Assembly (NCBI GenBank): GCA_964291625.2
Contig: OZ220089.1
Location: 4,064,001 to 4,128,000 of the forward strand
From: Candidatus Latescibacterota bacterium
GTDB lineage: Bacteria; Latescibacterota; UBA2968; UBA8231
Length of the DNA: 64,000 nucleotides
Reading direction: 5' to 3'
The position numbers and the translations under genes were made by a program. Below are positions 48,408 through 57,358 of this stretch, in pieces (the stretch's first letter is position 1; every line of letters begins with the position of its first letter). The notes beneath the pieces were generated by a model. The model saw nothing but the letters and a program-made list of their open reading frames with translations. It searched no databases and had not been told where the DNA came from.

Positions 48408-49952
48408 TCAGGAGGTACGCCGCAGCCGCTCGCGGTCGATCCACACCCGCAGCACGTGATCGGACCGGCTCAGCAGGTCGAGGTATCCCGCCTGGGCCGC
48501 GCGCCTCAGGCGGGCGCTGTTCGGTCTGCGGTTGGGGAGGGCGTTGTACTTGCCCCGGGCCTGGGTCACCGCCCGCTGGTGCAGGTCGACGGCCACGGTG
48601 AGCACGTTCTCCCGCTCGTCGGCGCCGTCGCGCCGGGCGCAGATCGACCAGATCGAGGTCTCGCCGTCGGCGCACTGGTCGGAGTAGGAGACGACACAGT
48701 GGTTCAGGGCCGTGCCCTCGGCGGCCAGCTCCCAGCTCGAGACCAGCTCCTGCACGGTCCAGCGGACCTTGCCCAGCTCCTCGGTCTCGTCCTCCAGCTC
48801 GAAGGGCCGGATGCCGCTCGCCTGCCAGGTCTGGAACTGGACGTAGCTCTGCCGGTTGAGGTCGCCGTGCCAGGCCTCGACCTGGCGCAGCAGCTTGGTG
48901 GCGCTGCGCCCTTTCATCGTGAACCCGGGCTGCGGCGGGGGGCCTTCCTCCACGCCGCCCCCTTCGCCCACGGTCCGGCGCGGCGCGTACTTCATGTTGT
49001 GGACATAGTCGACGACGGGACCGGCCCAACTCGGGTCCATCATGGCGTTGTTCACCAGGAACAGCACCACGGAGCTCCAGAACTCGTCGTCCTCGAAGCG
49101 GCGGCCGAGGCGCGTGCGCAGGATCGCCCGGGCCAGCCGGTCGTCGCCTCCCATGCCGATCACCTGGGCCCACCGCATGTTCTGCATCAAGGCGCCGTTG
49201 CTCGGCGCCTGCAGGAAGAGGTGGGCCATCCGCTTCGTCAGGCGGATCGGCGTGTCGGCCCGGCGGATGCTGCCGCCCTGGGCGACGGTGATCCACCAGC
49301 CCTGCTGCCGCCGGCCGACATCCGGGTCGACCTCGAACCAGGCCGAGTCCATGAACCGCGGCACCTCGTAGCGGGCCAGCAGGTGGCGCGCCAGGGAGCG
49401 GAAGAGCGGGCCGTGGTTCGAGGGGCAGTGACGGGGCTCGGGCTCCCACGTCCCGGGGGGACGAAGCCACTCGGAGTGTCGCGAGGCGAGCATCACCAGC
49501 CCCCACCCCAGCCTCGGGTGGCGCCCGGAACGGCTGATCAGGCGCCGGTGCAGGACGTCGGCGTAGCAGTCGTACTGGAGCAGGAGGTCCCGCAGCGCCC
49601 GCAGCGCCCCGGCGTCGAGGTCGATCCCCGCCGCCGAGACCGGCGCTCCAAGGCGCCTGGCCCCCTCGACCTGGAGGCGCGGCGTCACCAGTTGCTCGAT
49701 GATCTGCCGGCGCCGCTCGGTCTGGTGGGGCGCCCTCGGCCGCAGGCGCGCCGCTTCCCGCTCCCGGGCGCGCTCGGCGCGGTCCTTGCGCAGGCCGCTG
49801 CCGAACCCCGAGCGGTGACACCAGAGCCGGTAGTTCAGCAGCCCCTCGAACCCGAGGGCGCGGGCGTGCTCCTCGATGGGAGGCAGTTCTGCGTCCCGGG
49901 ACAGCGCCGCCTCGCGGGGGGGCGCCGGCACAGCTCTGGCAGTCGCCGTCAT
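48408..49952 (-). CDS. PcfJ-domain protein
   Basis: C-terminal ELAAEGTALNHCVVSY...SIWSI...LTVAV...QARGKYN; ATGA-coupled to the sigma factor. Confidence 0.8.
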   Translation of the reverse strand: MTATARAVPAPPREAALSRDAELPPIEEHARALGFEGLLNYRLWCHRSGFGSGLRKDRAERAREREAARLRPRAPHQTERRRQIIEQLVTPRLQVEGARRLGAPVSAAGIDLDAGALRALRDLLLQYDCYADVLHRRLISRSGRHPRLGWGLVMLASRHSEWLRPPGTWEPEPRHCPSNHGPLFRSLARHLLARYEVPRFMDSAWFEVDPDVGRRQQGWWITVAQGGSIRRADTPIRLTKRMAHLFLQAPSNGALMQNMRWAQVIGMGGDDRLARAILRTRLGRRFEDDEFWSSVVLFLVNNAMMDPSWAGPVVDYVHNMKYAPRRTVGEGGGVEEGPPPQPGFTMKGRSATKLLRQVEAWHGDLNRQSYVQFQTWQASGIRPFELEDETEELGKVRWTVQELVSSWELAAEGTALNHCVVSYSDQCADGETSIWSICARRDGADERENVLTVAVDLHQRAVTQARGKYNALPNRRPNSARLRRAAQAGYLDLLSRSDHVLRVWIDRERLRRTS

Positions 49953-51439
49953 GACCCCTCCTCGGCCTCGATCTCCCGGCGCAGGGCCTGCACTTCCTCC
50001 TCGGCGGCCAGGTCCGGGAACATCTGCTCCATCCGCTCCACGAACTCCCTCTTCAGCGCGCTCCGGGCCGGTCCCACCTCGTCGTGACGCAGGAAACCGA
50101 GGGCCGCGCGCAGGTGCCGCCGGGCGGCGTCCAGTTGGCCCCCCTGGGCCCGCAGGCCGGCGAGCCAGGCGTGGTTCTGGCACTGACGCACCGGCAGGTT
50201 GTCCACCGTGCGCCAGAAGCTCCAGTAGACCTCCCCCATCAGCTGGCGCGACCTGGCCTGGAGGGCCGCCATCGCCTCGGGCGTGGTCAGCTCCACCGCG
50301 CGCTCGAAGTGGCCCATCGCCGCCGGCCGGTCGCCGCCCATGGCCGCGGCCACCCCCATCTCCGAGTGCAGCACGCAGGCCAGCCAGGGGAACTCCGGCT
50401 CCAGGGCCCGGTAGTGCTCCATGGCCTCCGCGGCGAGACCGCTCGCTAGGTGGCGGCGCCCCAGCTCGAGCCGCGCCACGGGCTCGAAAGGGCCGCCGCG
50501 GGCAGCGGCCAGGATCTCCTCGTGCTCGCGGACCACCTCCTCGACCGGCGCCATGGCGGAACGCAGCGCCGCCCGCCGCAGACGGGCCAGGGTGTTCCCG
50601 GGCTCGAGCTCCACCACCTCGTCGAGCAGGGCCAGGGCGCGGTCGTACGCGGCGCGGTCCTCGGCCAGATCCTCGGGGGTGCGCGTGAAGGTATGGGCCT
50701 CGGCCAGCAGCATCGACACCAGGCCGTCCCGGGGCGCGAGGTCGCGGGCCCTCGCCAGGACCGGCACCGCGGCCCCGTAGCGCACCTCGTGGAACAGTTC
50801 CCGGGTGCGGTGCAGCAACTCCGCCACGCCGTCGCCGAACTCCTCGCCGGGCGCCCCGGCCCGAATCGTCTCCGCCAGCATCTCCTCCACCTCCTTCTGC
50901 ATCTGCAGGCGCGCGCGCCGCAGCCGCTGGCGCACGGCGGCCTGGGTCAGGCCCAGCTGGGCCGCCATCCGCGGCGTCGGCAGGCCTTCCATGTAGTGCA
51001 GCACCAGCACCTCGCGGCTCCTCTCCGGCAGCCGGCCCAGGGCCGCCCGCACCATCCGGCGCCGCTCGGCGCGCTCCAGCTCCTGCGCCGGTGAGCCCGA
51101 GCCGTCGGGGATCTCGTCCATCCGGATCTCCTCCCTGACCGGCCGCCGCCGCCGGCGCTCGAGCCAGGTACGGCCCCGGTTGCGGGCGATGGCGCGAAGC
51201 CAGGCCCCGAAGGAGGCGGCCTCGTCGAGACGGTCGAGCCCGTACCAGGCCCTCAGGAAGACCTCCTGGGCCAGGTCGTGGGCGGCGTCGAGGTCGCCCG
51301 TGACCGCTGCCGCCGTGGCGAAGACCGCTCCCTTGTAGCGTTCCACAAGGCGGCCGAAGGCGAGATCGTCCCCGCCCCGCGCCGCCTCGATCCAGGCCGT
51401 CTCCTCGTCGATCTCCGTCATCCGGGCTCCGTCTCTCAT
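49949..51439 (-). CDS. ECF RNA polymerase sigma factor with C-terminal TPR extension
   Basis: AFGRLVERY, DLAQEVFLRAW, FGAWLRAIARN (region 2); LPERSREVLVLHY...AVRQRLRRAR (region 4); about 300 aa of TPR-like helices. Start at 51439 or 51421. Confidence 0.9.
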   Translation of the reverse strand: MRDGARMTEIDEETAWIEAARGGDDLAFGRLVERYKGAVFATAAAVTGDLDAAHDLAQEVFLRAWYGLDRLDEAASFGAWLRAIARNRGRTWLERRRRRPVREEIRMDEIPDGSGSPAQELERAERRRMVRAALGRLPERSREVLVLHYMEGLPTPRMAAQLGLTQAAVRQRLRRARLQMQKEVEEMLAETIRAGAPGEEFGDGVAELLHRTRELFHEVRYGAAVPVLARARDLAPRDGLVSMLLAEAHTFTRTPEDLAEDRAAYDRALALLDEVVELEPGNTLARLRRAALRSAMAPVEEVVREHEEILAAARGGPFEPVARLELGRRHLASGLAAEAMEHYRALEPEFPWLACVLHSEMGVAAAMGGDRPAAMGHFERAVELTTPEAMAALQARSRQLMGEVYWSFWRTVDNLPVRQCQNHAWLAGLRAQGGQLDAARRHLRAALGFLRHDEVGPARSALKREFVERMEQMFPDLAAEEEVQALRREIEAEEGS

Positions 51440-51525
51440 GACCCCTCCAGCGGGGGTTGCGTGACATCCCGCCGGCCCGCGGGCGCCCTTGCCCGAGCCG
51501 GAACAGCGGCCTTTGGTTGTTTCCC

Positions 51526-52545
51526 ATGGATGCCCCGATCCGCGTCGGCCTCATCCGCTGCGACACCCACGGCGCCTACTACGCCGGGCTCTTCGCCGAC
51601 CACGACCCCCTGCGCCTGCAGCGGCCCTTGCCGCCGGGCGATTCCGGCCGCCACTCGTGGCAGACCGGCGGCGCCCACTTCTACTTCTACACCAACTACG
51701 CCAACCCGGCCCTGATGACGGTGGAGCGGGTCGACGGCTTCTCCCTGGCCCGGGTGTGGGACGAGGACCGCGACGTGGCCGAGTGCCTGGCCGCGGTCTG
51801 CCATGGCAGCCCCCGTGTCTGCGACAGCCCGGAGGAGGTCAGCGACGAGGTGGACCTCGTCTTCGTGGCCGACTGCAACGGCGACGGCAGCGACCACCTG
51901 GCCCTGGCCCGCCCCGGGCTGCAGAAGGGGGTGCCCACCTTCGTCGACAAGCCTCTGGCCTTCAGCACCGAGGACGCGATGCAGATCGTGCAGCTGGCCG
52001 AGGGCCACGCCGCGCCCCTGTCCTCGATCTCGATCCTGCGCGTGCTGCCGGTGGCGGCGCGGTTCCGGGGCCGCCTGGCGGAGGTGGGGCCGCTGCAGTT
52101 CGGCACGATCCAGGGGGGCGGCACGACCTTGGCGGGGCACATCCACGCCGTCAGCCTCGCCCAGCTCCTCTTCGGCGGCGGCGTCAAGGTGGTGCGCTGC
52201 ATGGGCGAGACCGAGCTGCACACCTTCCACCTCGACTACGGGGACCGCCCGGACCGCCCCGCCCGGGGGGTCACGGTGAGCTGCGACGTGGGCACCCCCT
52301 GGCACTGCGCCTTCCACGCCAGCGCCTACGGCCCCGGCGGCGCCGTGCACTCGCCGCCCATGAGCGACTTCGACTTTCCCTTCGGCGCCGCCGACATCCT
52401 GCGAAAGGTGCGCGGGATGGTGAACGCCAACGCCTCGCCGCCGATCCTGCGCGACGCCGTGGAGGCCGTGGCCATCGCCGAGACGGCGCGGCGGGCCCAG
52501 GCCAGCGGCGCCGCCGAGGCGGTCCCGGAGCTGCCGCCCTTATGA
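51526..52545 (+). CDS. Gfo/Idh/MocA-like oxidoreductase
   Basis: IRVGLIRCDTH, VDLVFV, PTFVDKPLA. Confidence 0.78.
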   Translation: MDAPIRVGLIRCDTHGAYYAGLFADHDPLRLQRPLPPGDSGRHSWQTGGAHFYFYTNYANPALMTVERVDGFSLARVWDEDRDVAECLAAVCHGSPRVCDSPEEVSDEVDLVFVADCNGDGSDHLALARPGLQKGVPTFVDKPLAFSTEDAMQIVQLAEGHAAPLSSISILRVLPVAARFRGRLAEVGPLQFGTIQGGGTTLAGHIHAVSLAQLLFGGGVKVVRCMGETELHTFHLDYGDRPDRPARGVTVSCDVGTPWHCAFHASAYGPGGAVHSPPMSDFDFPFGAADILRKVRGMVNANASPPILRDAVEAVAIAETARRAQASGAAEAVPELPPL

Positions 52546-53006
52546 CCCTGAAAGCCTGCCACCACCACGGCTTCACCGTCTCCAGCCTGGAGCGCTCGAT
52601 CCCCTTCTACCGGGATCTGTTGGGGCTGGAGGTGCTGCGCGTCTCCGAGCGCCGCAACCTGCCCTCGTACGACCGCATGATCGGCTACGACGACATCGCC
52701 ATCGACGTCGCCCTCCTGCGCCACCCGGTGAACGAGTTCCTCCTGGAGCTCTTCGAGTACGTCAACCCCCCGGGGCAGGTGCGGCCCCTGGCCAACCCCT
52801 TCGTCGGTTCCTCCCACGTGGCCTTCGAGGTCGAGGGCATCGACGCCCTGTACGACGCCCTGATCGCCGCGGGGTACACCACCACCAGCCCCCCCGTCGA
52901 CGTCGAGCGCGGCGGCTACGTGGTGGCCCGCGCCTTCTACGCCCTCGACCCCGACGGCATCACCGTGGAGCTCTTCGAGGAGTACGAGGACCTGGTGCGC
53001 CGGTGA
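52542..53006 (+). CDS. VOC/glyoxalase family protein
   Basis: HHHGFTVSSLERSIPFY, LELFEY, HVAFEV, DPDGITVEL. Confidence 0.92.
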   Translation: MTLKACHHHGFTVSSLERSIPFYRDLLGLEVLRVSERRNLPSYDRMIGYDDIAIDVALLRHPVNEFLLELFEYVNPPGQVRPLANPFVGSSHVAFEVEGIDALYDALIAAGYTTTSPPVDVERGGYVVARAFYALDPDGITVELFEEYEDLVRR

Positions 53007-53782
53007 GCGCTCCCCTGGCCCTGGTGACCGGCGCCGCCGGCGGCATCGGCCGGGCCACGGTGACGCGCCTCCTCGGCGACGGCCTGCGCGTCATCGCCCT
53101 CGACCTGGATGCGGAAGGCCTGTCCCGGCTGGCCGCGGAGGAGGAGGCGGGAGGCGGACTGGCGACCTGCGAGTTCGACCTCACCGACATCGCCGGGACC
53201 GGCGATCAGCTGCGCGGCCTGGTGGAGCGCCACGGTCCCGTGACCCGTCTGGTCCTCAACGCCGGCGTCTGGCCCGGCGGCCCCATCGTCGACATGAGCG
53301 ACGAGGTCTGGGACCTCAACCTGGCGGTCAACGTCACCTCGCCCTTCGCCTTCCTGCGGGCCCTGGCGCCGGTCATGGCCGGGGCCGGCGGCGGCGCCGT
53401 GGTCTGCGTCGCCAGCCGCAACGCCTATCGCTCGAGCACCAACAACGCCGCCTACGACGCCTCGAAGGCGGCCCTCGTGGGCCTGATGCGCACCGCCGCC
53501 GGGGAGTTCGCCCGCCACCGCATCCGCGTCAACGCCGTCTCTCCGGGGGTGGTCTCGACGCCGGCCACCCCCGAGGTGGAGGAGCCCCTGTTCAAGGCCG
53601 CCTACCTCAAGCAGATTCCCCTCGACCGTTACGGCACCGCCGGGGACATCGCCGCCGTCATCGCCTTCCTGCTCTCCGACGACGCCGGCTTCCTCACCGG
53701 GCAGGACGTGATCGTCGACGGCGGCCAGATCGCCTGCCAGGACAACGGACGCTTCATGGAGATCCCCGGCCTGCGGGGATGA
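53003..53782 (+). CDS. Short-chain dehydrogenase/reductase
   Basis: TGAAGGIG, YDASK, VNAVSPG. Confidence 0.94.
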   Translation: MSAPLALVTGAAGGIGRATVTRLLGDGLRVIALDLDAEGLSRLAAEEEAGGGLATCEFDLTDIAGTGDQLRGLVERHGPVTRLVLNAGVWPGGPIVDMSDEVWDLNLAVNVTSPFAFLRALAPVMAGAGGGAVVCVASRNAYRSSTNNAAYDASKAALVGLMRTAAGEFARHRIRVNAVSPGVVSTPATPEVEEPLFKAAYLKQIPLDRYGTAGDIAAVIAFLLSDDAGFLTGQDVIVDGGQIACQDNGRFMEIPGLRG

Positions 53783-53795
53783 CAGGAGGCTCGAC

Positions 53796-54557
53796 GTGCA
53801 CGAAGAGATCCGATCCCTCCTCGACTTCAGCGGCCGGGTGGTGCTGGTCACCGGCGCCGGCCGCGGCATCGGCCGCGCCATGGCCGTGACCTTCGCCCGC
53901 GCCGGGGCCCGCGTGGCCCTGGCGGCGCGCAGCGCCGATCAGCTGCAGGAGGTGGCCGCCGAGATCGGCCCCGAGGCCGCCCTGGTGCTGCCCACCGACG
54001 TGGGCGTCGAGGCCCAGGTGCGGGCCGCCGTGGAGCGCATCGTCGACACCTGGGGGCGCCTGGACGTGCTCGTCAACAACGCCGGCCTCATCCAGTTCGC
54101 GCCGCTGGAGCAGATCGAGCCGGAGGCCTGGGACCGGGTGATCGCCGCCAACCTCACCGGACCCTACCTGTGCTGCCGGGCCGCGGCGCCGGTCATGAGG
54201 CGCCAGGGCGGGGGCCGGATCGTCAACATCACCTCGGTGAGCGCCCAGACGGGAGGCGTCAGCGGCGGCGTCAACTACACCGCCTCCAAGGGCGGTCTCG
54301 AGACGATGACCAAGACCCTGGCGCGCGACCTGGCGCCGGCGGGGATCACCGTCAACTCCATCTCGCCCGGCCAGATCGACGCCGACCCGGCCCTGCTCAC
54401 CGACGAGCAGCGGGCCCACGTGACCGGGCTGATCCCCCTCGGGCGGCTCGGCGAGCCGGTGGAGATCGCTCACGCGGCGCTGTTCCTCGCCTCGCCCATG
54501 GCCGCCTACATCACCGGCGCCACCCTCGACGTCAACGGCGGCATCCTCAAGCGCTAG
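53796..54557 (+). CDS. Short-chain dehydrogenase/reductase (FabG-like)
   Basis: TGAGRGIG, NNAG, YTASK, DVNGG. Confidence 0.94.
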   Translation: MHEEIRSLLDFSGRVVLVTGAGRGIGRAMAVTFARAGARVALAARSADQLQEVAAEIGPEAALVLPTDVGVEAQVRAAVERIVDTWGRLDVLVNNAGLIQFAPLEQIEPEAWDRVIAANLTGPYLCCRAAAPVMRRQGGGRIVNITSVSAQTGGVSGGVNYTASKGGLETMTKTLARDLAPAGITVNSISPGQIDADPALLTDEQRAHVTGLIPLGRLGEPVEIAHAALFLASPMAAYITGATLDVNGGILKR

Positions 54558-54576
54558 CGGTCCCCCGGGGCCCGGT

Positions 54577-56100
54577 TCAGTAGAGGCTGTCGGGCGTCGT
54601 CAGCGGACACCACCGCGACGTGAAGAGGTGGTCCATGAGGCGCGCCCCGGCCTCCGGCGAGACCGGCGCCAGCCGACGCAGGCCGTCGGCGGCGTAGAAG
54701 CGGTTGTAGCGGTTCTCGTCTCCCAGCATCTCCACCAGACCCGGCACCGTCTCGGACGCCGGCGCAGGAGCGTGGCGCAGGGCGATCGCCGCGTTGCGGC
54801 GAACCCGGTAGTCCTCGTCTCGGAGGCAGCGGGAGGCCGCCTCCCACGAGTCGTCGCCCGCATCGGGGAGCCGGCCAAGGGCCTCCAGGGCGTTGCGCCG
54901 CACCCACCAGTGCTCGTCGGCGGTGGCCGCGCACAGGGCGGCCTCGTGGGGGGCCGCGCCCGGTCCCATGTTGCCCAGGGCCCCCGCCGCCGAGGCCCGC
55001 ACCAGCCAGTGATCGTCGCCCAGCAGGCCGGCCGCGGCCTCGGCGCCCCCGGGGGTCACGGCCAGGGCGTGGGCGGCGGCGGGCGCCGTGGGGTTGGTGC
55101 CGTGGGCGTTGTCGGCGGTCTTCGCCGTGGCCAGCTCCCCGGAGGAGGCGGCCTCGCGGCGCAGGCTGCCGGCGAGCAGGCCGGGGCCCTCCCCGGCGCC
55201 GGCCAGGGCGTAGGCGGCGTTCAGGCGAACGGGCTCGGCCTCGTCCTCCAGGGCCCGCGCCAGGGCGGGCACCGCGTCCGCCGCGGCCCCCGAGAGGGCG
55301 ATGCGGTCCGCGGCCCGGGCGCGCTCCGCGGGGGAGCCGGAACCGAGCTGGTCGACCCAGTCCCCGATCGGTTCCTCCGATCCGGCCGCGGAACCGTTGC
55401 CGGACCCGGAGAGCCAGCGCCACACGTCGGAGCAGACGGCGGCGCTCTCCTCCCATGACAGCCGGCCGTCGGTGGTCCCGGAGGCGGCCGGCTCGACGGT
55501 GCGCGCGAACTGGAACTTGAGCATGTAGCGCTTGCGGCCGCTGCGGTTGGCGATCGCCCGGTGCCAGCTGTCGAAGTGGACGATCGCCACCGTGCCCGCC
55601 TCGCCCAGCAGCGGTTCCTCCCTCTCCGTCGCCTTCCGCGGGTCGGGGTCGGAGATCGTGCGGAACCACTGCTGGCCCGGCATGACCCCCGTGGGCCCCA
55701 TGTCGGCGGTCACATCCTGGGGGTAGTAGAAGCCGAGGACCCAGCGGAAGCGGGGGTGGCGCAGGTTGTGATCGAAGACGTAGCAGTCCTTGTGCCACGA
55801 CTGCCCCGGCGAGCCGGGGGGGTTCAGGTGGCAGTGGCGGTGGGGGTTCATCACGTACCCGGGGCCGAGGAGGCTCTCCAAGGCGCCGGCCACGGCCGGG
55901 TCGTCGAAGACCCGCCGGATCTCCGGCAGCCGCGGCAGCAGGTTGTTGCCCGGGTTGCCCTCCTTCTCGAAGAGCTCGTCGATGCTGCTGTAGAGGTCGG
56001 AGTGGAAATCGGCGGGCAGGGTGGTGCGCACCGTCAGGCAGCCGTCGGCAACGAAGCGGGCGCGGGCGTCGTCGTCGAGGGAGTGTGGGTGGCGGTTCAT
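54577..56100 (-). CDS. Phytanoyl-CoA dioxygenase (PhyH) domain fused to HEAT repeats
   Basis: WHKD (HxD), YPQDV..DMGPT, WHRA; C-terminal VRxNAAxAL repeats. Confidence 0.88.
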   Translation of the reverse strand: MNRHPHSLDDDARARFVADGCLTVRTTLPADFHSDLYSSIDELFEKEGNPGNNLLPRLPEIRRVFDDPAVAGALESLLGPGYVMNPHRHCHLNPPGSPGQSWHKDCYVFDHNLRHPRFRWVLGFYYPQDVTADMGPTGVMPGQQWFRTISDPDPRKATEREEPLLGEAGTVAIVHFDSWHRAIANRSGRKRYMLKFQFARTVEPAASGTTDGRLSWEESAAVCSDVWRWLSGSGNGSAAGSEEPIGDWVDQLGSGSPAERARAADRIALSGAAADAVPALARALEDEAEPVRLNAAYALAGAGEGPGLLAGSLRREAASSGELATAKTADNAHGTNPTAPAAAHALAVTPGGAEAAAGLLGDDHWLVRASAAGALGNMGPGAAPHEAALCAATADEHWWVRRNALEALGRLPDAGDDSWEAASRCLRDEDYRVRRNAAIALRHAPAPASETVPGLVEMLGDENRYNRFYAADGLRRLAPVSPEAGARLMDHLFTSRWCPLTTPDSLY

Positions 56101-56134
56101 CGCTTCCGTCCTGGCTTGTTCCGGTTTGGGGGAT

Positions 56135-56222
56135 TGGTGCCGGGGAGGGGACTCGAACCCCTACAGGCCTGTGGCCTAGCGGATTTTAAGTCCGCTGCGT
56201 CTACCCGTTCCGCCACCCCGGC
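56135..56222 (-). tRNA. tRNA-Leu (TAA)
   Basis: GCCGGGG acceptor, GCGGA-CT-TAA-AA-TCCGC anticodon arm, long variable arm, GTTCGAGTC, CCA. Confidence 0.97.
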
Positions 56223-56245
56223 CGTCCACATGGAAAGGTAGAAAC

Positions 56246-56282
56246 AAAAAAAGGGCCTCACCCGCCGGATGCGGACGAGGCC
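56246..56282 (-). terminator. Intrinsic terminator downstream of tRNA-Cys
   Basis: GGCCTCGTCCGC-ATCCG-GCGGGTGAGGCC then CTTTTTTT on the minus strand. Confidence 0.7.
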
Positions 56283-56292
56283 GTTGGAGGTC

Positions 56293-56366
56293 TGGAGGCG
56301 GCGCCCGGAATCGAACCGGGGATATGGGCTTTGCAGGCCCTTGCCTTACCACTTGGCCACGCCGCC
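56293..56366 (-). tRNA. tRNA-Cys (GCA)
   Basis: GGCGGCG acceptor, CT-GCA-AA anticodon loop, GTTCGATTC, discriminator T, CCA. Confidence 0.97.
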
Positions 56367-56383
56367 GGAATGCGGGCCGGCAG

Positions 56384-56412
56384 AACCTACCGGGCAGGCA
56401 AGTCCCTGTCAA
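56384..56412 (-). promoter_or_regulatory. Sigma70 promoter of the tRNA genes
   Basis: TTGACA-N17-TAGGTT ending 17 bp upstream of tRNA-Cys. Confidence 0.7.
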
Positions 56413-56486
56413 CGCGGCACTTGCGGTCCCTATATTCAGCGCATGTCCACATCAGCCACCGCTCCGGGGCCCCGCCCTTCGGCGCC

Positions 56487-57341
56487 ATGACCGACGCCGC
56501 TCTCACCGTCGCCGTCCAGGGGGAGCTGGGCAGCAACAGCGAGCTGGCCGCCCGGGAGTACTTCGACGGACGTGACGTCGACGTCCTTCCCTGCCGCACC
56601 TTCGCCGATCTGTTCTCCGCTCTGGACCGCGGAGGCGCCGAGGCCGCCCTGGCCCCGGTCGAGAACTCGCTGGCCGGCAGCATCCACGAGGTCTGGGACC
56701 TGCTCCGCGAGCGGCCCCTGCCGGTGTGCGGCGAGATCCGCCTGCGCATCGGCCACCACCTGATCGCCCCCGCCGGGACCCGTCTCGAGGACCTGCGCCG
56801 CATCCGTTCCCACCCGCAGGCGCTGGCCCAGTGCCGCGAGTTCCTCGACGGTCTTCAGGGCGTCCAGGTCGAGCCGGTGTACGATACGGCCGGCGCGGTC
56901 ATGATGGTCAAGGCTGAGGGGCGGTCCGACGAGGCGGCCATCGCCACCGCCCAGGCGGCGGAGGACAACGGCATGCAGGTCCTGGTCGCCGATCTGGCGG
57001 GGGTCCACAACTTCACCCGCTTCCTGGTCCTGGGCGAGGGTACCGGATCCGGCGGCTCCCCGAAGACGACGGTGGTCCTCGAGATGGACCACACCGCCGC
57101 GGGCCTGCCCGCCGTCCTCGGCCAGCTGACCCGTGCGGGGCTGGAGGTCCTGAAGGTGGAAACCCGCAAGCGGGCGGGCCGTCCCTGGGGCTATCTGGTG
57201 TATCTCGACTTCGCCGGCGACGCCGGCACCGAGCCGGCCGCCGGGGCGCTGGCGGAGTTGGCCGGCCTCGTCGACAGCCTCCACCTGGTGGGCACCTATC
57301 CGGCGGGCATTGCCGCCGAGCCGCGCCTGTACCCGCGCTGA
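56487..57341 (+). CDS. pheA: Prephenate dehydratase
   Basis: QGELGSNSELA, PVENSLAG, SHPQALAQC, DTAGA, NFTRF, ACT domain. Confidence 0.93.
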   Translation: MTDAALTVAVQGELGSNSELAAREYFDGRDVDVLPCRTFADLFSALDRGGAEAALAPVENSLAGSIHEVWDLLRERPLPVCGEIRLRIGHHLIAPAGTRLEDLRRIRSHPQALAQCREFLDGLQGVQVEPVYDTAGAVMMVKAEGRSDEAAIATAQAAEDNGMQVLVADLAGVHNFTRFLVLGEGTGSGGSPKTTVVLEMDHTAAGLPAVLGQLTRAGLEVLKVETRKRAGRPWGYLVYLDFAGDAGTEPAAGALAELAGLVDSLHLVGTYPAGIAAEPRLYPR

Positions 57342-57358
57342 GTCCCTCGGTTCGCGCT

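Noticed and set aside
43644-49955. 13-bp inverted match GTCATGACGGCGA at the vapC end and the pcfJ start
   Set aside because: Not at coherent element boundaries; such matches are expected by chance in 64 kb of GC-rich DNA.
49953-51566. Apparent 1052-aa PcfJ ORF (48408-51566)
   Set aside because: The upstream half is an off-frame shadow of the sigma gene; an RBS and ATG at 49952 define the real start.
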